The notes under the pieces are model-generated. The model was given only the letters and a program-made list of their open reading frames with translations. It ran no database searches and was not told where the DNA came from. This document shows positions 7,495 through 16,531 of a stretch of 32,000 nucleotides of DNA, piece after piece. A program made the position numbers and the translations under genes. How positions within the stretch are numbered: the stretch's first letter is position 1; each line of letters opens with the position of its first letter. This DNA comes from Candidatus Nitrosopumilus koreensis AR1 (GTDB lineage Archaea > Thermoproteota > Nitrososphaeria > Nitrososphaerales > Nitrosopumilaceae), in contig NC_018655.1 of the NCBI RefSeq assembly GCF_000299365.1, positions 1,440,001-1,472,000 of the forward strand, read 5' to 3'.

Positions 7495-8174
7495 ATATTG
7501 ATAAAGCAATTGAAGATTGTAAAATTTATCTAAAACAGATAAAACAATACGATCCTGATCCTTTTTACGTTAATTATTTTTTTTCCAAATTCATAGATTC
7601 TGTAAACACAATACTAGATAGTATTTTTGAAGAAGCAAATAGAGATTTTGGATTATTTATTACAGAAAAAATATCACAAGAAGAGTTTCTTAAAAAAGCT
7701 AAAGCAAAAAATGATACTAAAGCAATTAAATTTTCAAAATGGTATACGGATAAATTTGATCAAGAACACAATAGTAGACTTCCAAAAGTAATAAAAAAAA
7801 TATGTGAATTAAAAAGTAAACAAAATGTATTACCAGAAATAAAAATTATGATAAGAGCACAAGATAGGTATGAAAATGACATCAATCAACAAATCATAGT
7901 GGGTTTAAGTAATGAAAAATTACGTTCAAAAGATGAATTACAGATTGAGATCAATAGACAGTTACCAGTATTTCTAGAAATAATTAATCATAAAAGAAAA
8001 GAAAACAACGAGCCTGTCGTGAATGAGAACCAGATAACAACATCGGCATTTGTTGATGTTGAAGATATTTTCGAGACTGAAATTGCATATGCATCTGAGA
8101 TCTATATTCCTGTATTGATAAGATTAGTTGAGGAATCAAGGAAAAAAATCAAAGAATTAACATCTTGGGATTAA
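7491..8174 (+). CDS. Hypothetical protein (227 aa), Lys/Glu-rich and predicted helical.
   Basis: An ATG ORF translationally coupled to 7087-7494 by a 4-nt overlap. I recognise no motif. Confidence 0.6.
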   Translation: MNIDKAIEDCKIYLKQIKQYDPDPFYVNYFFSKFIDSVNTILDSIFEEANRDFGLFITEKISQEEFLKKAKAKNDTKAIKFSKWYTDKFDQEHNSRLPKVIKKICELKSKQNVLPEIKIMIRAQDRYENDINQQIIVGLSNEKLRSKDELQIEINRQLPVFLEIINHKRKENNEPVVNENQITTSAFVDVEDIFETEIAYASEIYIPVLIRLVEESRKKIKELTSWD

Positions 8175-8175
8175 A

Positions 8176-8841
8176 CTAATCTGAAAACCCAAATATGGAA
8201 TGCTCATCTTTTATTTTAATTATTGGAAAATATGAGAAGCCATGATCAATAGTATCTGAGAATTCAGGGTTTTTTCCCTGATTGCCTTGATATTTTAAGA
8301 AGTTTTTTGTTGGTTCGGAATCTAACTCTACATAATTGAAATTGTAATACACTTCATCCATTTCTAGTGAGGTAATATAACCAAGTACCCAAGATGTTTT
8401 TCTGGGCAATGCAAATAATGTGAGATTTTGTCCATCGGGAAATTCAGGATCATATGTTAGTCTAGCTAAACTTCCAAGATCTTTTAGACGAATAGGATAA
8501 AACTGATCAATAATTTTTTCTTCTTTTTCAGGTAAGGGTGAAATTTCTGATTCTGCATGTATAACAGGAGCATAATGAGAAATATTTTTTGTTGATTCTA
8601 CAATTTCACAAATCTCTTTGTTACCAGTTATTTGATAGGATATGTATCGTCCAGATTTTTTTAGAGGAGTGTAAAAAATCAGCAAAGTATTTGCAAGAAG
8701 CATGGTGCTTGAAACAACTCTTTTGCCGTTAAATTCCTGGGAATAAACTCGTTGTGGATATTCTCGAAATGCACAAGCATATCGTGCTAGATCATCAAAA
8801 CTAGATAATTCAACAAAGCATTCATTTTGAGAAATGGTCAT
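8176..8841 (-). CDS. Hypothetical protein (221 aa).
   Basis: An ATG ORF convergent with 7491-8174, with a 1-nt gap between the stops. It has a balanced, non-low-complexity composition. I recognise no motif. Confidence 0.65.
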   Translation of the reverse strand: MTISQNECFVELSSFDDLARYACAFREYPQRVYSQEFNGKRVVSSTMLLANTLLIFYTPLKKSGRYISYQITGNKEICEIVESTKNISHYAPVIHAESEISPLPEKEEKIIDQFYPIRLKDLGSLARLTYDPEFPDGQNLTLFALPRKTSWVLGYITSLEMDEVYYNFNYVELDSEPTKNFLKYQGNQGKNPEFSDTIDHGFSYFPIIKIKDEHSIFGFSD

Positions 8842-8881
8842 AAAAAATTAAGAATGAATGATGTTTTTATTCTTTCAAAAT

Positions 8882-9295
8882 TTATTTAGATTTTGGCCAC
8901 ATTGAGCCCCATGTTTCAGTGAATTTTTTCATCATTTCACCATATGCATTCATCTGTTCTAATCCAGATGAGCTAAGACTCTTTTGCCAATTCTCAACAA
9001 ATTGTTTGAAAGTAGCCATGTTACTATCATTGAGAGCTTTTTGCCAGTTCTCACTGAATTCTTTGAAAGAAGTCATTCCAGCATCGGTCATTGCTTTTTG
9101 CCAGTTTTCTCCAAATAATTTCATGGTTTCATTGCTAGATTCAATGCTTGCTTTTTCCCAAACTTCATTGAACTTAGATTGCATTTCATTACTGGCAGTT
9201 TGAATTTGCTCAAAAAGAGATTTCCAATTTTCAAGAGATTTTGTATATTCTTGCCATAATGAATCCCACTCATTATTTTTTTCTTGTTCAGACAT
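8882..9295 (-). CDS. Trp-rich helical repeat protein (137 aa), paralog of 5374-5874 without the Lys-rich tail.
   Basis: It contains 19-aa repeats: FGENWQKAMTDAGMTS FKEFSENWQKALNDSNMAT FKQFVENWQKSLSSSGLEQ. The terminal blocks are shared with 5374-5874. Confidence 0.75.
   Translation of the reverse strand: MSEQEKNNEWDSLWQEYTKSLENWKSLFEQIQTASNEMQSKFNEVWEKASIESSNETMKLFGENWQKAMTDAGMTSFKEFSENWQKALNDSNMATFKQFVENWQKSLSSSGLEQMNAYGEMMKKFTETWGSMWPKSK
8981..9207. repeat. 57-bp (19-codon) tandem repeat inside 8882-9295, with three good copies and one degenerate copy.
   Basis: The plus-strand anchor ctttt(t)gcca recurs at 8981, 9037 and 9094, and ctttttccca at 9151 (spacing 56/57/57 bp). Confidence 0.7.
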
Positions 9296-9346
9296 TAACT
9301 AAAGAAAGAGTTCATTATTCTTAAATGGTTCCATGAAAATCAAAAA

Positions 9347-9832
9347 TTATTTCTGTCGATTTTGCAATCTTTTTTCCATTCTTATTTTTCCTTCTTCAAA
9401 TTTGACTCGATCCTCATCTGTTTTTAAAGATAATTTTGGAACATGCATAGATTTTCCATTTTTATCTAAAGCAACAAAGGTAACAAAAGCAGTTGCAGTC
9501 ACAGTTCTAATTCCTGTAACAATATCTTCAGCCTCTGCTTTAACTTCTATCTCCATAGAAGAATTATGCACATAATTTATTCGAGCATTTAATGAAAGAA
9601 CATTACCAACAAAAACAGGTTTTAGAAAATTTACACTATCCATACATACAGTAACAGCATTTGATTGAGAATGTCTTTGAGCGACAATTCCTGCAACCAT
9701 GTCAATATGTTTTAAAATTTCACCACCAAATACATTCCCAGCTGGATTAGCGTCAGAAGGAAACATTCTAACAATAACTTCAGCATGAGATTCAGATGGA
9801 CTCTTTTCTCTAAGATTTGATTCAGATGACAT
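9347..9832 (-). CDS. Acyl-CoA thioesterase (hotdog fold, YciA/BFIT-like acyl-CoA hydrolase).
   Basis: The block MFPSDANPAGNVFGGEILKHIDMVAGIVAQRHS...NAVTVCMDSVNFLKPVFVGNVL matches the conserved acyl-CoA hydrolase hotdog pattern. Confidence 0.8.
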   Translation of the reverse strand: MSSESNLREKSPSESHAEVIVRMFPSDANPAGNVFGGEILKHIDMVAGIVAQRHSQSNAVTVCMDSVNFLKPVFVGNVLSLNARINYVHNSSMEIEVKAEAEDIVTGIRTVTATAFVTFVALDKNGKSMHVPKLSLKTDEDRVKFEEGKIRMEKRLQNRQK

Positions 9833-9886
9833 TTTATCTATAATAATTTTAATTAATCCAAATTTAATTTAATCAGTTGATTTTGA

Positions 9887-11224
9887 TTATTTGAAATATT
9901 TTTCAAGTTTAATTTTGTCAATTTTTGGGATTTTTGCCAATTCAAATCCCTCTGGACGTTTTGAAAGGGATCTAGTTGCATCAATACCCATTTTTGCAGT
10001 TTGTAATTTCTTTTGATCACTTGAAGGATCAAGACTAGAACCACGTACATTTTTTAAGATTATGAGATCCTTATCTGCTTGGAATCTTGTTGCCATAGCA
10101 TATTCTACCGCTTCGGCATTATTAGGGTCAATATCATCATCAACTACTGTAACTTGTTTTAATGAGCGATGAGATTCAAATGTTTTTTTAATTATTTTTT
10201 TTGCATCAGATTCATTTTTCTTTTTTATTTGTACAACAGCATGCAACCAATTACATCCACCATTTGTCATGGAGACTTGTTGTGTTTGTCTGAACGCTTT
10301 TTTCAAATCACCATTTAGTTTTGATTCAATAGGCATTCCCATTAACAATCGATGTTCAGAATATCCAGATAAAACATCATGAAAAATAGGATTATTTCTA
10401 AAATACAAGTTTTCAAGTTCAAAAACAGGTTGGGATCTTTTATGGTCATATGTTTGGAGCATCTCGACCATCCATTCAGGATGGGTTTTGTCCTGAAGAA
10501 CTTTTCCTTCCATAACAATTTCTGAACCAGATGGCACGTTTAGTCCGGTAAAGGGAAGTTTTGTTAAAGTTAATTTTCCACCTAACAAAGAGTTTGCAAT
10601 ATTAATCTCATCTTTTCCCCACTGTTCTTGATATGCACCTGCAATAGAAATTGCAGGGTGTACACCAACAGTAAGTGCAATTTTTAGATCCTCACCATGT
10701 TCTTTAGCATCAACAAAACATCGATGCAAATGACGTCCTTCAACCATTCTTATTGAAAAATGAGTTTTGTCAATTGGCATCATTCTATGAAAGGATGAAT
10801 TTTGTTTTCCAGTTTCTGGATTCTTAACATATGCAATTGAAGAAGTGATAAATGGACCAGATTCCTTTTCGAAATGAGTAACAATAGGCATGGAAAAGAG
10901 ATTTTTTGACCTATTTTCTTGAAATTTTCCAGAGGATATTATTTTAGGTGCTTTTGCCTTTTTTATTGCAGAAATGACTTTTTCATGAATATTATTTTCG
11001 GTTCCACCCACTGCAAGAGCAAAGCGCTTTCTAGTACCAACCAGATTAGCAACTAAATGAAAATCACTTTCTTTAATATTTTCAAACAATACAGCATGTG
11101 AACCATCAACCTTTGCAGTAATTCCTGCAATTTCATATTTTGTTGAAACTTTAGTTTTTATAATTTTGAGTTCTTTACTTTTCTTAATTTTAGAGATATA
11201 ATTTCTTAAATCACTCATTCTCAA
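9887..11224 (-). CDS. UbiD-family (prenylated-FMN-dependent) decarboxylase. The substrate is unassigned.
   Basis: 445 aa. UbiD-like blocks include GPFITSSIAYVKNPETGKQNSSFHRM, RMVEGRHL, LTVGVHPA and GIDATR near the C-terminus. Confidence 0.85.
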   Translation of the reverse strand: MRMSDLRNYISKIKKSKELKIIKTKVSTKYEIAGITAKVDGSHAVLFENIKESDFHLVANLVGTRKRFALAVGGTENNIHEKVISAIKKAKAPKIISSGKFQENRSKNLFSMPIVTHFEKESGPFITSSIAYVKNPETGKQNSSFHRMMPIDKTHFSIRMVEGRHLHRCFVDAKEHGEDLKIALTVGVHPAISIAGAYQEQWGKDEINIANSLLGGKLTLTKLPFTGLNVPSGSEIVMEGKVLQDKTHPEWMVEMLQTYDHKRSQPVFELENLYFRNNPIFHDVLSGYSEHRLLMGMPIESKLNGDLKKAFRQTQQVSMTNGGCNWLHAVVQIKKKNESDAKKIIKKTFESHRSLKQVTVVDDDIDPNNAEAVEYAMATRFQADKDLIILKNVRGSSLDPSSDQKKLQTAKMGIDATRSLSKRPEGFELAKIPKIDKIKLEKYFK

Positions 11225-11552
11225 CCGTCTCCATAATTTCAGACATTAAGTCTTTTGCAGTATTTGATCCTAATTCTTTTTGAATAAATGCAGAAACCAA
11301 TACAATACCTCGCACTCTAATGCTGATTTGTTCAGCAATAAGTTTGAGAAAAAGAGAATCGGTCTTAGAAGGAATTATAGTAGTTGTGACGGGAGTGGGA
11401 CCAGTTGCCATTGAAGCCACCATCGAACCTATTTTATTTGAACCCTCAGATACAGAAATAAAATAACCATTTTCAAATTTTTGAATGTTTAAAGAAAAGT
11501 TACGGCCCTCCAAATTTACCAATTTTTGGAAAAATCCATTTGGAGAGTTCAA
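11211..11552 (-). CDS. Hypothetical small protein (113 aa), translationally coupled to the UbiD-family gene.
   Basis: An ATG ORF whose 3' end overlaps the UbiD start by 14 nt. By eye it has a weak pattern resemblance to PAC4/PSMG4-type proteasome assembly chaperones (FISVSEGSNKIGSMVASM...TTTIIPSKTDSLFLKLIAEQISIRVRGIVLVSAFI). This is unverified. Confidence 0.6.
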   Translation of the reverse strand: MNSPNGFFQKLVNLEGRNFSLNIQKFENGYFISVSEGSNKIGSMVASMATGPTPVTTTIIPSKTDSLFLKLIAEQISIRVRGIVLVSAFIQKELGSNTAKDLMSEIMETVENE

Positions 11553-11569
11553 TAAGCTATGAACAAGTC

Positions 11570-12013
11570 TTATGCTTTTATTGCTATTGATTCACTATCT
11601 TGGGAAGCATCAAGCAAAGCAGGATTTTTCTTGCAGTTCTTTTCATGTTTATCTGGATAGACAAACAATTTCTCACAGTGTTTGCATGGAGTTTTTTCCT
11701 TAGACTTTGTTGTTTTAGTTTTTGCAGTTTTTCTTTTAGATTTTGCTTTTACTGCAATTTCTTCAACTTCTGGTTGAACTTCTGTAGCAGATTTTGCCTC
11801 AATAGAATCAGCTTCAACTCTTGCACGTAGTTTGGCTTTGTATTTCAAATTACGTGGTTTAGTTCTTAATCTATAGCCACAACATGGACACCATAGTCCT
11901 TCCCATTTGATGAATATTTCACAAATTTGACATCGACGTTGTCCAGAAGCATATCTTCCGGTTCCAACAGGCTTTTGAGCCTTATATCTTACACAAATTC
12001 CTTTACAAGTCAT
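11570..12013 (-). CDS. Zinc-finger protein with an N-terminal Cys-rich domain, a Lys-rich linker and a C-terminal C2HC knuckle.
   Basis: The N-terminal domain is MTCKGICVRYKAQKP..RCQICEIFIKWEGLWCPCCGYRLRTKPR. The linker is KAKSKRKTAKTKTTKSKEK and the knuckle is CKHCEKLFVYPDKHEKNC. Confidence 0.7.
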   Translation of the reverse strand: MTCKGICVRYKAQKPVGTGRYASGQRRCQICEIFIKWEGLWCPCCGYRLRTKPRNLKYKAKLRARVEADSIEAKSATEVQPEVEEIAVKAKSKRKTAKTKTTKSKEKTPCKHCEKLFVYPDKHEKNCKKNPALLDASQDSESIAIKA

Positions 12014-12315
12014 CTTGGTAGTTTATTATAGAATTCATAAGTATATAAGGGTGGATCGATGAAATTTAGAAAAAAATAGGAAAAAAGATGAAATAATTTC
12101 AAGTAATTTTACGATCAGTATAATTAGTTTCAACGAAAAACAAGAAATCTTCAATAAATATGTATAGCTTGTTTGATTTTCATCTTTTTTGAAAAAATGA
12201 CATGTATCAATATAGTTGTTTAACAAAAAATTTCAGTTTTTTCTTAAAAAAATGTAGAAAATAGATGAATATCATACAATATTATTTCATGAAAATTGAA
12301 GGGAATCATTAAATG

Positions 12316-12322
12316 AAAAAAA
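12316..12322 (-). terminator. Oligo-T7 immediately after the stop of 12323-12985.
   Basis: The minus strand reads TAG followed directly by TTTTTTT. An 8-bp inverted repeat (catagaca / tgtctatg, 12332-12339 and 12353-12360) lies just inside the 3' end of the ORF. Confidence 0.3.
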
Positions 12323-12985
12323 CTAGCCCGTCATAGACAGGGGCAAAATTGAATGTCTATGGCCATCTCTTTGAGAGATGTATTTTGCAGACAGCATATC
12401 TCGTTTTCCGCCTTGATTAAAATTCTTAATTTTCATACTGGTTTTCCTTTCATCAACAAATTCTAATTCAAAAGATGAACAAAAATTGAGATTTAACATA
12501 GTTACAATTTGTTTGGCAATTCCCATATGCCCATTTCCAATCTTTACAATTTTTCTTTTAGCCCTAAGACCACCCAGAACTCTAATAATATGAATAACTA
12601 ATTCTTCAACAGATGAATGAAATGAACTCTCAATCTCTTTTCCATAGTAAAATACAGACAAACCAGTTCTTTCCCCAGGATCAATTCCCAGAATCAGATG
12701 ATCTTCCTCAAAATCAAGATTTAGTTTTTGCATCATAATGCCCCTAATGACAGTAGGATGATGTTCAAAAATATCCTCATGAAGTAGTGGTATTTCACAA
12801 ATTTTTGGTGATTCTTTATGGGTGGTAAGAATTAGGTGTCCCGAATAATTTTGGATATCCTCAGGTAGAATGGAATCAAATGACAGTTTAAGGGCCTTCA
12901 AATAGGTTGAAAATCTATAATATGGTTTACCATAGGAAGTGGCAATTCCAATACGAGAGTTAAGTAAGGGATCGATATTAGACAA
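12323..12985 (-). CDS. Hypothetical protein with an RNase H-fold (RuvC/YqgF-like) signature.
   Basis: 220 aa with a TTG start. ILGIDPGERTGLSVFYYG resembles the first-strand GIDPG motif of RuvC/YqgF-type nucleases, and there is a later acidic block, FVDERKTS. Assignment is by motif only. Confidence 0.5.
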   Translation of the reverse strand: MSNIDPLLNSRIGIATSYGKPYYRFSTYLKALKLSFDSILPEDIQNYSGHLILTTHKESPKICEIPLLHEDIFEHHPTVIRGIMMQKLNLDFEEDHLILGIDPGERTGLSVFYYGKEIESSFHSSVEELVIHIIRVLGGLRAKRKIVKIGNGHMGIAKQIVTMLNLNFCSSFELEFVDERKTSMKIKNFNQGGKRDMLSAKYISQRDGHRHSILPLSMTG

Positions 12986-13006
12986 AATGAAATATAGAAT
13001 TTAGGA

Positions 13007-13348
13007 TTATGCCTTCAAAACAGTTGACACGACATGTTTCACTGCTTCATCAAAATTAGCATCAATTTTTGATTGAATTTCAGATAATTTAGCCTCGCCT
13101 TCTTGAGCAATTTTTGCAGATTCAGCAGTGGCTTTTTCTTTTGAAGCATTTATCAGAACTTCGGCTTCCTTAGTTGCCATTTCTCTAGTTTTTTCCACGA
13201 GAGAGTCTATTTCATTTTGAGCCTTTACTGAAAGTTGTTTTTTCATATCTCCAACCTTACTGTTTAAGGAATCAATATCATCTTCCAAGACAGTTAGAGA
13301 TTTGATAATTCCAGTGACTTTAGATTCTGCCATACTCATTACACTCAA
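13007..13348 (-). CDS. Coiled-coil protein (113 aa), resembling A/V-type ATPase subunit H/G or b-like stalk proteins.
   Basis: It has an Ala/Glu/Lys heptad-rich stretch: EKTREMATKEAEVLINASKEKATAESAKIAQEGEAKLSEIQSKIDANFDEAV. There is no ATPase operon context in the window. Confidence 0.5.
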   Translation of the reverse strand: MSVMSMAESKVTGIIKSLTVLEDDIDSLNSKVGDMKKQLSVKAQNEIDSLVEKTREMATKEAEVLINASKEKATAESAKIAQEGEAKLSEIQSKIDANFDEAVKHVVSTVLKA

Positions 13349-13412
13349 ATTTCAATAATTCCATTAATTAAATCATTCAGTTTTTGGTCAATTTTAGGCA
13401 CAAAATATTGGA

Positions 13413-13754
13413 TCATCCAGTGGTTAACAGTAAAATTGCCCTAGCAAGATCGCCTTTTGCTTCTTCTAATGCACTTTTGGCTTTTTCTTCATCAACACCT
13501 GCTTGCTGGCTAACAAGTTGGATATCTTCTTCAGAGAATATAGGGACTTCTAATTCTCTTTCCTCATAACTGTCAGCAGTTACAGTAAAAATTGAATTAT
13601 CTTTTGCTTTCATTTCTGTAACAGAAGGCTTTGAAATAATGATCTCTTTTTTATCGGTCTTTATGATAACTTCCTGAACATTTGACATCTCATTCATATC
13701 AAGACCCATCTTGTCCATCATTCTTCGCATTTCACGATTGCCTCCGCGCATCAT
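13413..13754 (-). CDS. nac: Nascent polypeptide-associated complex protein (archaeal NAC alpha with C-terminal UBA).
   Basis: It has the N-terminal block REMRRMMDKMGLDMNEMSNVQEVIIKTDKKEIII, the NAC beta-barrel and the UBA-like tail EEDIQLVSQQAGVDEEKAKSALEEAKGDLARAILLL. Confidence 0.9.
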   Translation of the reverse strand: MMRGGNREMRRMMDKMGLDMNEMSNVQEVIIKTDKKEIIISKPSVTEMKAKDNSIFTVTADSYEERELEVPIFSEEDIQLVSQQAGVDEEKAKSALEEAKGDLARAILLLTTG

Positions 13755-14224
13755 AGTTCTTTTTCCTCTTTACGACTTTTTAAACTATCTCTAACCTTAA
13801 CGGCCACACCTCTATCAAAATCAGAAATCATCTCATATGATAAAACAGCCCTTCCAACTGCAATCACCTTATTTTTGAATAAAACAGGAGTGTCGCCAGA
13901 AATTCTAACATTTTTTCCACATTTTACAACATGCTTGCAAAATACAGATCTGCCATCTTGAACAAATGGTGCAGCATCTTTGTTTATCTCTACACAGTTT
14001 TCTCTGAACACTTTACTTCTCAGGAGTATTTGAGCAAAGTAAGGACTAATTGCTAAACCACCATCGATTCTTAAAGTACATAGTAATTTCCCTTTATGGA
14101 TAACAGTTCTAATTCTACCAGTTTTTCTTGAAAAAGTCATTTCAATATCTTTAGGTAGATATTTTGAAACGCCACTACCAAACAAGGCATCAAGTGAAGA
14201 CTGTAGCTTTAACACATGATCCAT
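13751..14224 (-). CDS. PUA-domain RNA-binding protein.
   Basis: 157 aa. The C-terminal part, NKDAAPFVQDGRSVFCKHVVKCGKNVRISGDTPVLFKNKVIAVGRAVLSYEMI, matches the PUA pattern. It overlaps nac by 4 nt. Confidence 0.7.
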   Translation of the reverse strand: MDHVLKLQSSLDALFGSGVSKYLPKDIEMTFSRKTGRIRTVIHKGKLLCTLRIDGGLAISPYFAQILLRSKVFRENCVEINKDAAPFVQDGRSVFCKHVVKCGKNVRISGDTPVLFKNKVIAVGRAVLSYEMISDFDRGVAVKVRDSLKSRKEEKEL

Positions 14225-14315
14225 ATTCAGATTTCAATCTATTCTAAATATTAGTTCAATGATCATATATATCAAAATGTGCAAACTATATAGAATAGTT
14301 TTTTTTCTTTAGATT

Positions 14316-15362
14316 ATGGAAGAAAGAGAGGAAACAAGGAAAATTCAATTTACAGGTAAATCATCATACATAGTTTCATTACCAAAACCATGGATCATGG
14401 ATTTAGGATTAAAGCAAGGAGATCAAATTAGAATGATAAGAAAAGGTTCTTCAACTTTAGAACTTTATCCACCAAAATTTGAATCACGCAGTCCAAAGAA
14501 AGAAGAAGCTACGATTGAAATAAGCTCAGAAGAAAAGGCATCCTCGATTGTCAGAAAATTAATTTCACTTTATTTTTTGGGTTTTAAGACAATTAACGTA
14601 AAACCAAAAGATGGCAGATTGAGTCCAGCCCAAAGAAACACAGTAAAAGAAGCAGTCAAGCGAATGTTGATGGGTTCAGAGATCATTTCGGATTCCAGTG
14701 GAGGAATAACAATACAAGTCCTAGTTAATTTATTAGAATTATCAATAGATGGTGCATTCAAAAGAATGATCCATTTAGCAAAATCAATGTCTAGTGATGC
14801 AATCCTGGCTGTAAAAGAAAACAATGCAGATTTAGCACAAGAAGTAATAAACACAGATGATGAAGTTGACAGATTTGGATTTTATATTATTCGTCAATTA
14901 AAGATTGCAATTCAAAATGAACACATGCTAAAAGAGATGGGTTTTAGAAATCCTAGAGATTGTCTTGGATATAGATTGGTTGTAAAGAATATCGAGAGAG
15001 CAGGAGATCATGCAGCATTTATTGCAAAAGATCTTCTAGAATTCAAGAAATCAGTGAAGAAAGAAATATTGGACAAATTGCAAGACATGAATGAATTTTG
15101 TCTGTCAGTACTGGATGATGCTTGTCTTGCGTTGTTTAAAGAAGACTATCCACAAGCAGAAAAAACCATCGAAAAGACAAACGATATTACAAAATATGAG
15201 AAAAAAATCAGAGATGCCTCAAAATCACTTAAAGATGACGAGGAGATCTATAGAGTTAGAAGAATGACTGAAAACATCAAAAGAGTTTCAGAATATGCCA
15301 GCGACATTGCAGAAATAGTATTGAATATGAATATTGAAAAGACAATCAAAAAAACGACATAG
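14316..15362 (+). CDS. phoU: PhoU-family phosphate uptake regulator with an N-terminal AbrB/SpoVT-type DNA-binding domain.
   Basis: The AbrB-like swapped hairpin is GKSSYIVSLPKPWIMDLGLKQGDQIRMI. It is followed by two PhoU repeats with DDEVDRF and IERAGDHA / VSEYASDIAE blocks. Confidence 0.85.
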   Translation: MEEREETRKIQFTGKSSYIVSLPKPWIMDLGLKQGDQIRMIRKGSSTLELYPPKFESRSPKKEEATIEISSEEKASSIVRKLISLYFLGFKTINVKPKDGRLSPAQRNTVKEAVKRMLMGSEIISDSSGGITIQVLVNLLELSIDGAFKRMIHLAKSMSSDAILAVKENNADLAQEVINTDDEVDRFGFYIIRQLKIAIQNEHMLKEMGFRNPRDCLGYRLVVKNIERAGDHAAFIAKDLLEFKKSVKKEILDKLQDMNEFCLSVLDDACLALFKEDYPQAEKTIEKTNDITKYEKKIRDASKSLKDDEEIYRVRRMTENIKRVSEYASDIAEIVLNMNIEKTIKKTT

Positions 15363-15418
15363 ATTTTCAAAACAGGTAGAATCTTTAACCCAAGTTATAG
15401 TAAAAGCATAGAATCAAA

Positions 15419-16531
15419 ATGAAATCAGCCATTTTAATCACATATGACAAGGACGACGTGATTAATGAAGCAAAAGGACTTTGTGATGCAGCAGGATTAC
15501 AGGTTGTCCACATAATTAAACAAAAATTCTTGAAAAAGCCAAAGTACGGTATAAGTGGAGGAATTTTAGAGAAGCTTGAAGAGATTTCAGAAAAGATCAG
15601 GCCAGATGTAATTGTGTTTGATGAGATTTTAAAACCAAGTCAAAATTATAACTTGGCATCAGTTTTGCATAGAGAAATTTTAGACAGAGAAGCACTAATT
15701 CTTGAAATTTTTGAAAGCAGAGCATCAAGCTCAGAATCAAAATTACAAGTAAAGTTAGCACAATTAAGATATGAAATGGCCAGAGCAAAAGAAAAAGTTC
15801 GACTTTCGAGCATGGGAGAACAACCAGGATTTATGGGAATAGGAAAATTTGAGGTCGATGTTTACTATAATGACATTAAACATAGAATGCAAACAGTTAG
15901 ATCCAAACTTGAAAAAGCTGGAAAACAAAGAGAGTTACATAGACAAGGAAGAAAAAAAATGGGATTCAAAACAATCTCACTTGCAGGATATACTTCAGCA
16001 GGAAAAACAACATTGTTTAACAAGATGACAGGAGAAACAAAAATTCAAAGTAGTGAATTGTTTACAACACTTTCAACTACTACACGAAGAGTTACAATTA
16101 ATCAAGTGCCATTTTTAATATCAGATACAGTAGGTTTTATCAGCAAATTACCTGCTTACATGATTGATGCATTCAAATCAACGTTAGAAGAATTAGGTCA
16201 TACAGATATCATCATAGTAGTAATAGATATCAGCGATTCATTATTTGAATTGAAGAAGAAATTTTCTAGCTGTATGAGAACATTAAGTGAACTAGGAGTT
16301 GAAAAAGACAGGATGGTGTATGCACTAAATAAATCAGATTTGTTAGAAAACAGTGAGATTGAAGAAAAAATAGAAACACTCAATCTAACAGACAATAAAA
16401 AATGGATTCCAGTTTCGGCAAAAACGGGTAAAAATACAGAAAAACTCAAGGAATTGATTAAGGATATTTTGGAAAGTTATGATTCTTACCAATTTGAAAA
16501 TAAAGGAATTGAAAAGACCTATGGAAATTGA
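15419..16531 (+). CDS. hflX: GTPase HflX.
   Basis: It has the HflX N-domain ([27 protein letters not shown]) and the G-domain motifs [12 protein letters not shown] (G1), DTVGF (G3) and NKSD (G4). Confidence 0.9.
   Translation: MKSAILITYDKDDVINEAKGLCDAAGLQVVHIIKQKFLKKPKYGISGGILEKLEEISEKIRPDVIVFDEILKPSQNYNLASVLHREILDREALILEIFESRASSSESKLQVKLAQLRYEMARAKEKVRLSSMGEQPGFMGIGKFEVDVYYNDIKHRMQTVRSKLEKAGKQRELHRQGRKKMGFKTISLAGYTSAGKTTLFNKMTGETKIQSSELFTTLSTTTRRVTINQVPFLISDTVGFISKLPAYMIDAFKSTLEELGHTDIIIVVIDISDSLFELKKKFSSCMRTLSELGVEKDRMVYALNKSDLLENSEIEEKIETLNLTDNKKWIPVSAKTGKNTEKLKELIKDILESYDSYQFENKGIEKTYGN

Noticed and set aside
9853-10050. A 65-aa minus-strand ORF overlapping the 3' end of the UbiD-family gene in another frame.
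   Set aside because: It lies almost entirely within the UbiD coding region, which has a conserved C-terminus. It has no independent signal.
12035-12226. A 63-aa minus-strand ORF in the long intergenic gap.
   Set aside because: Its composition is extremely low-complexity (LIILIVKLLEIISSFFLFFSKF), with no motif. It looks like a chance ORF in AT-rich spacer.
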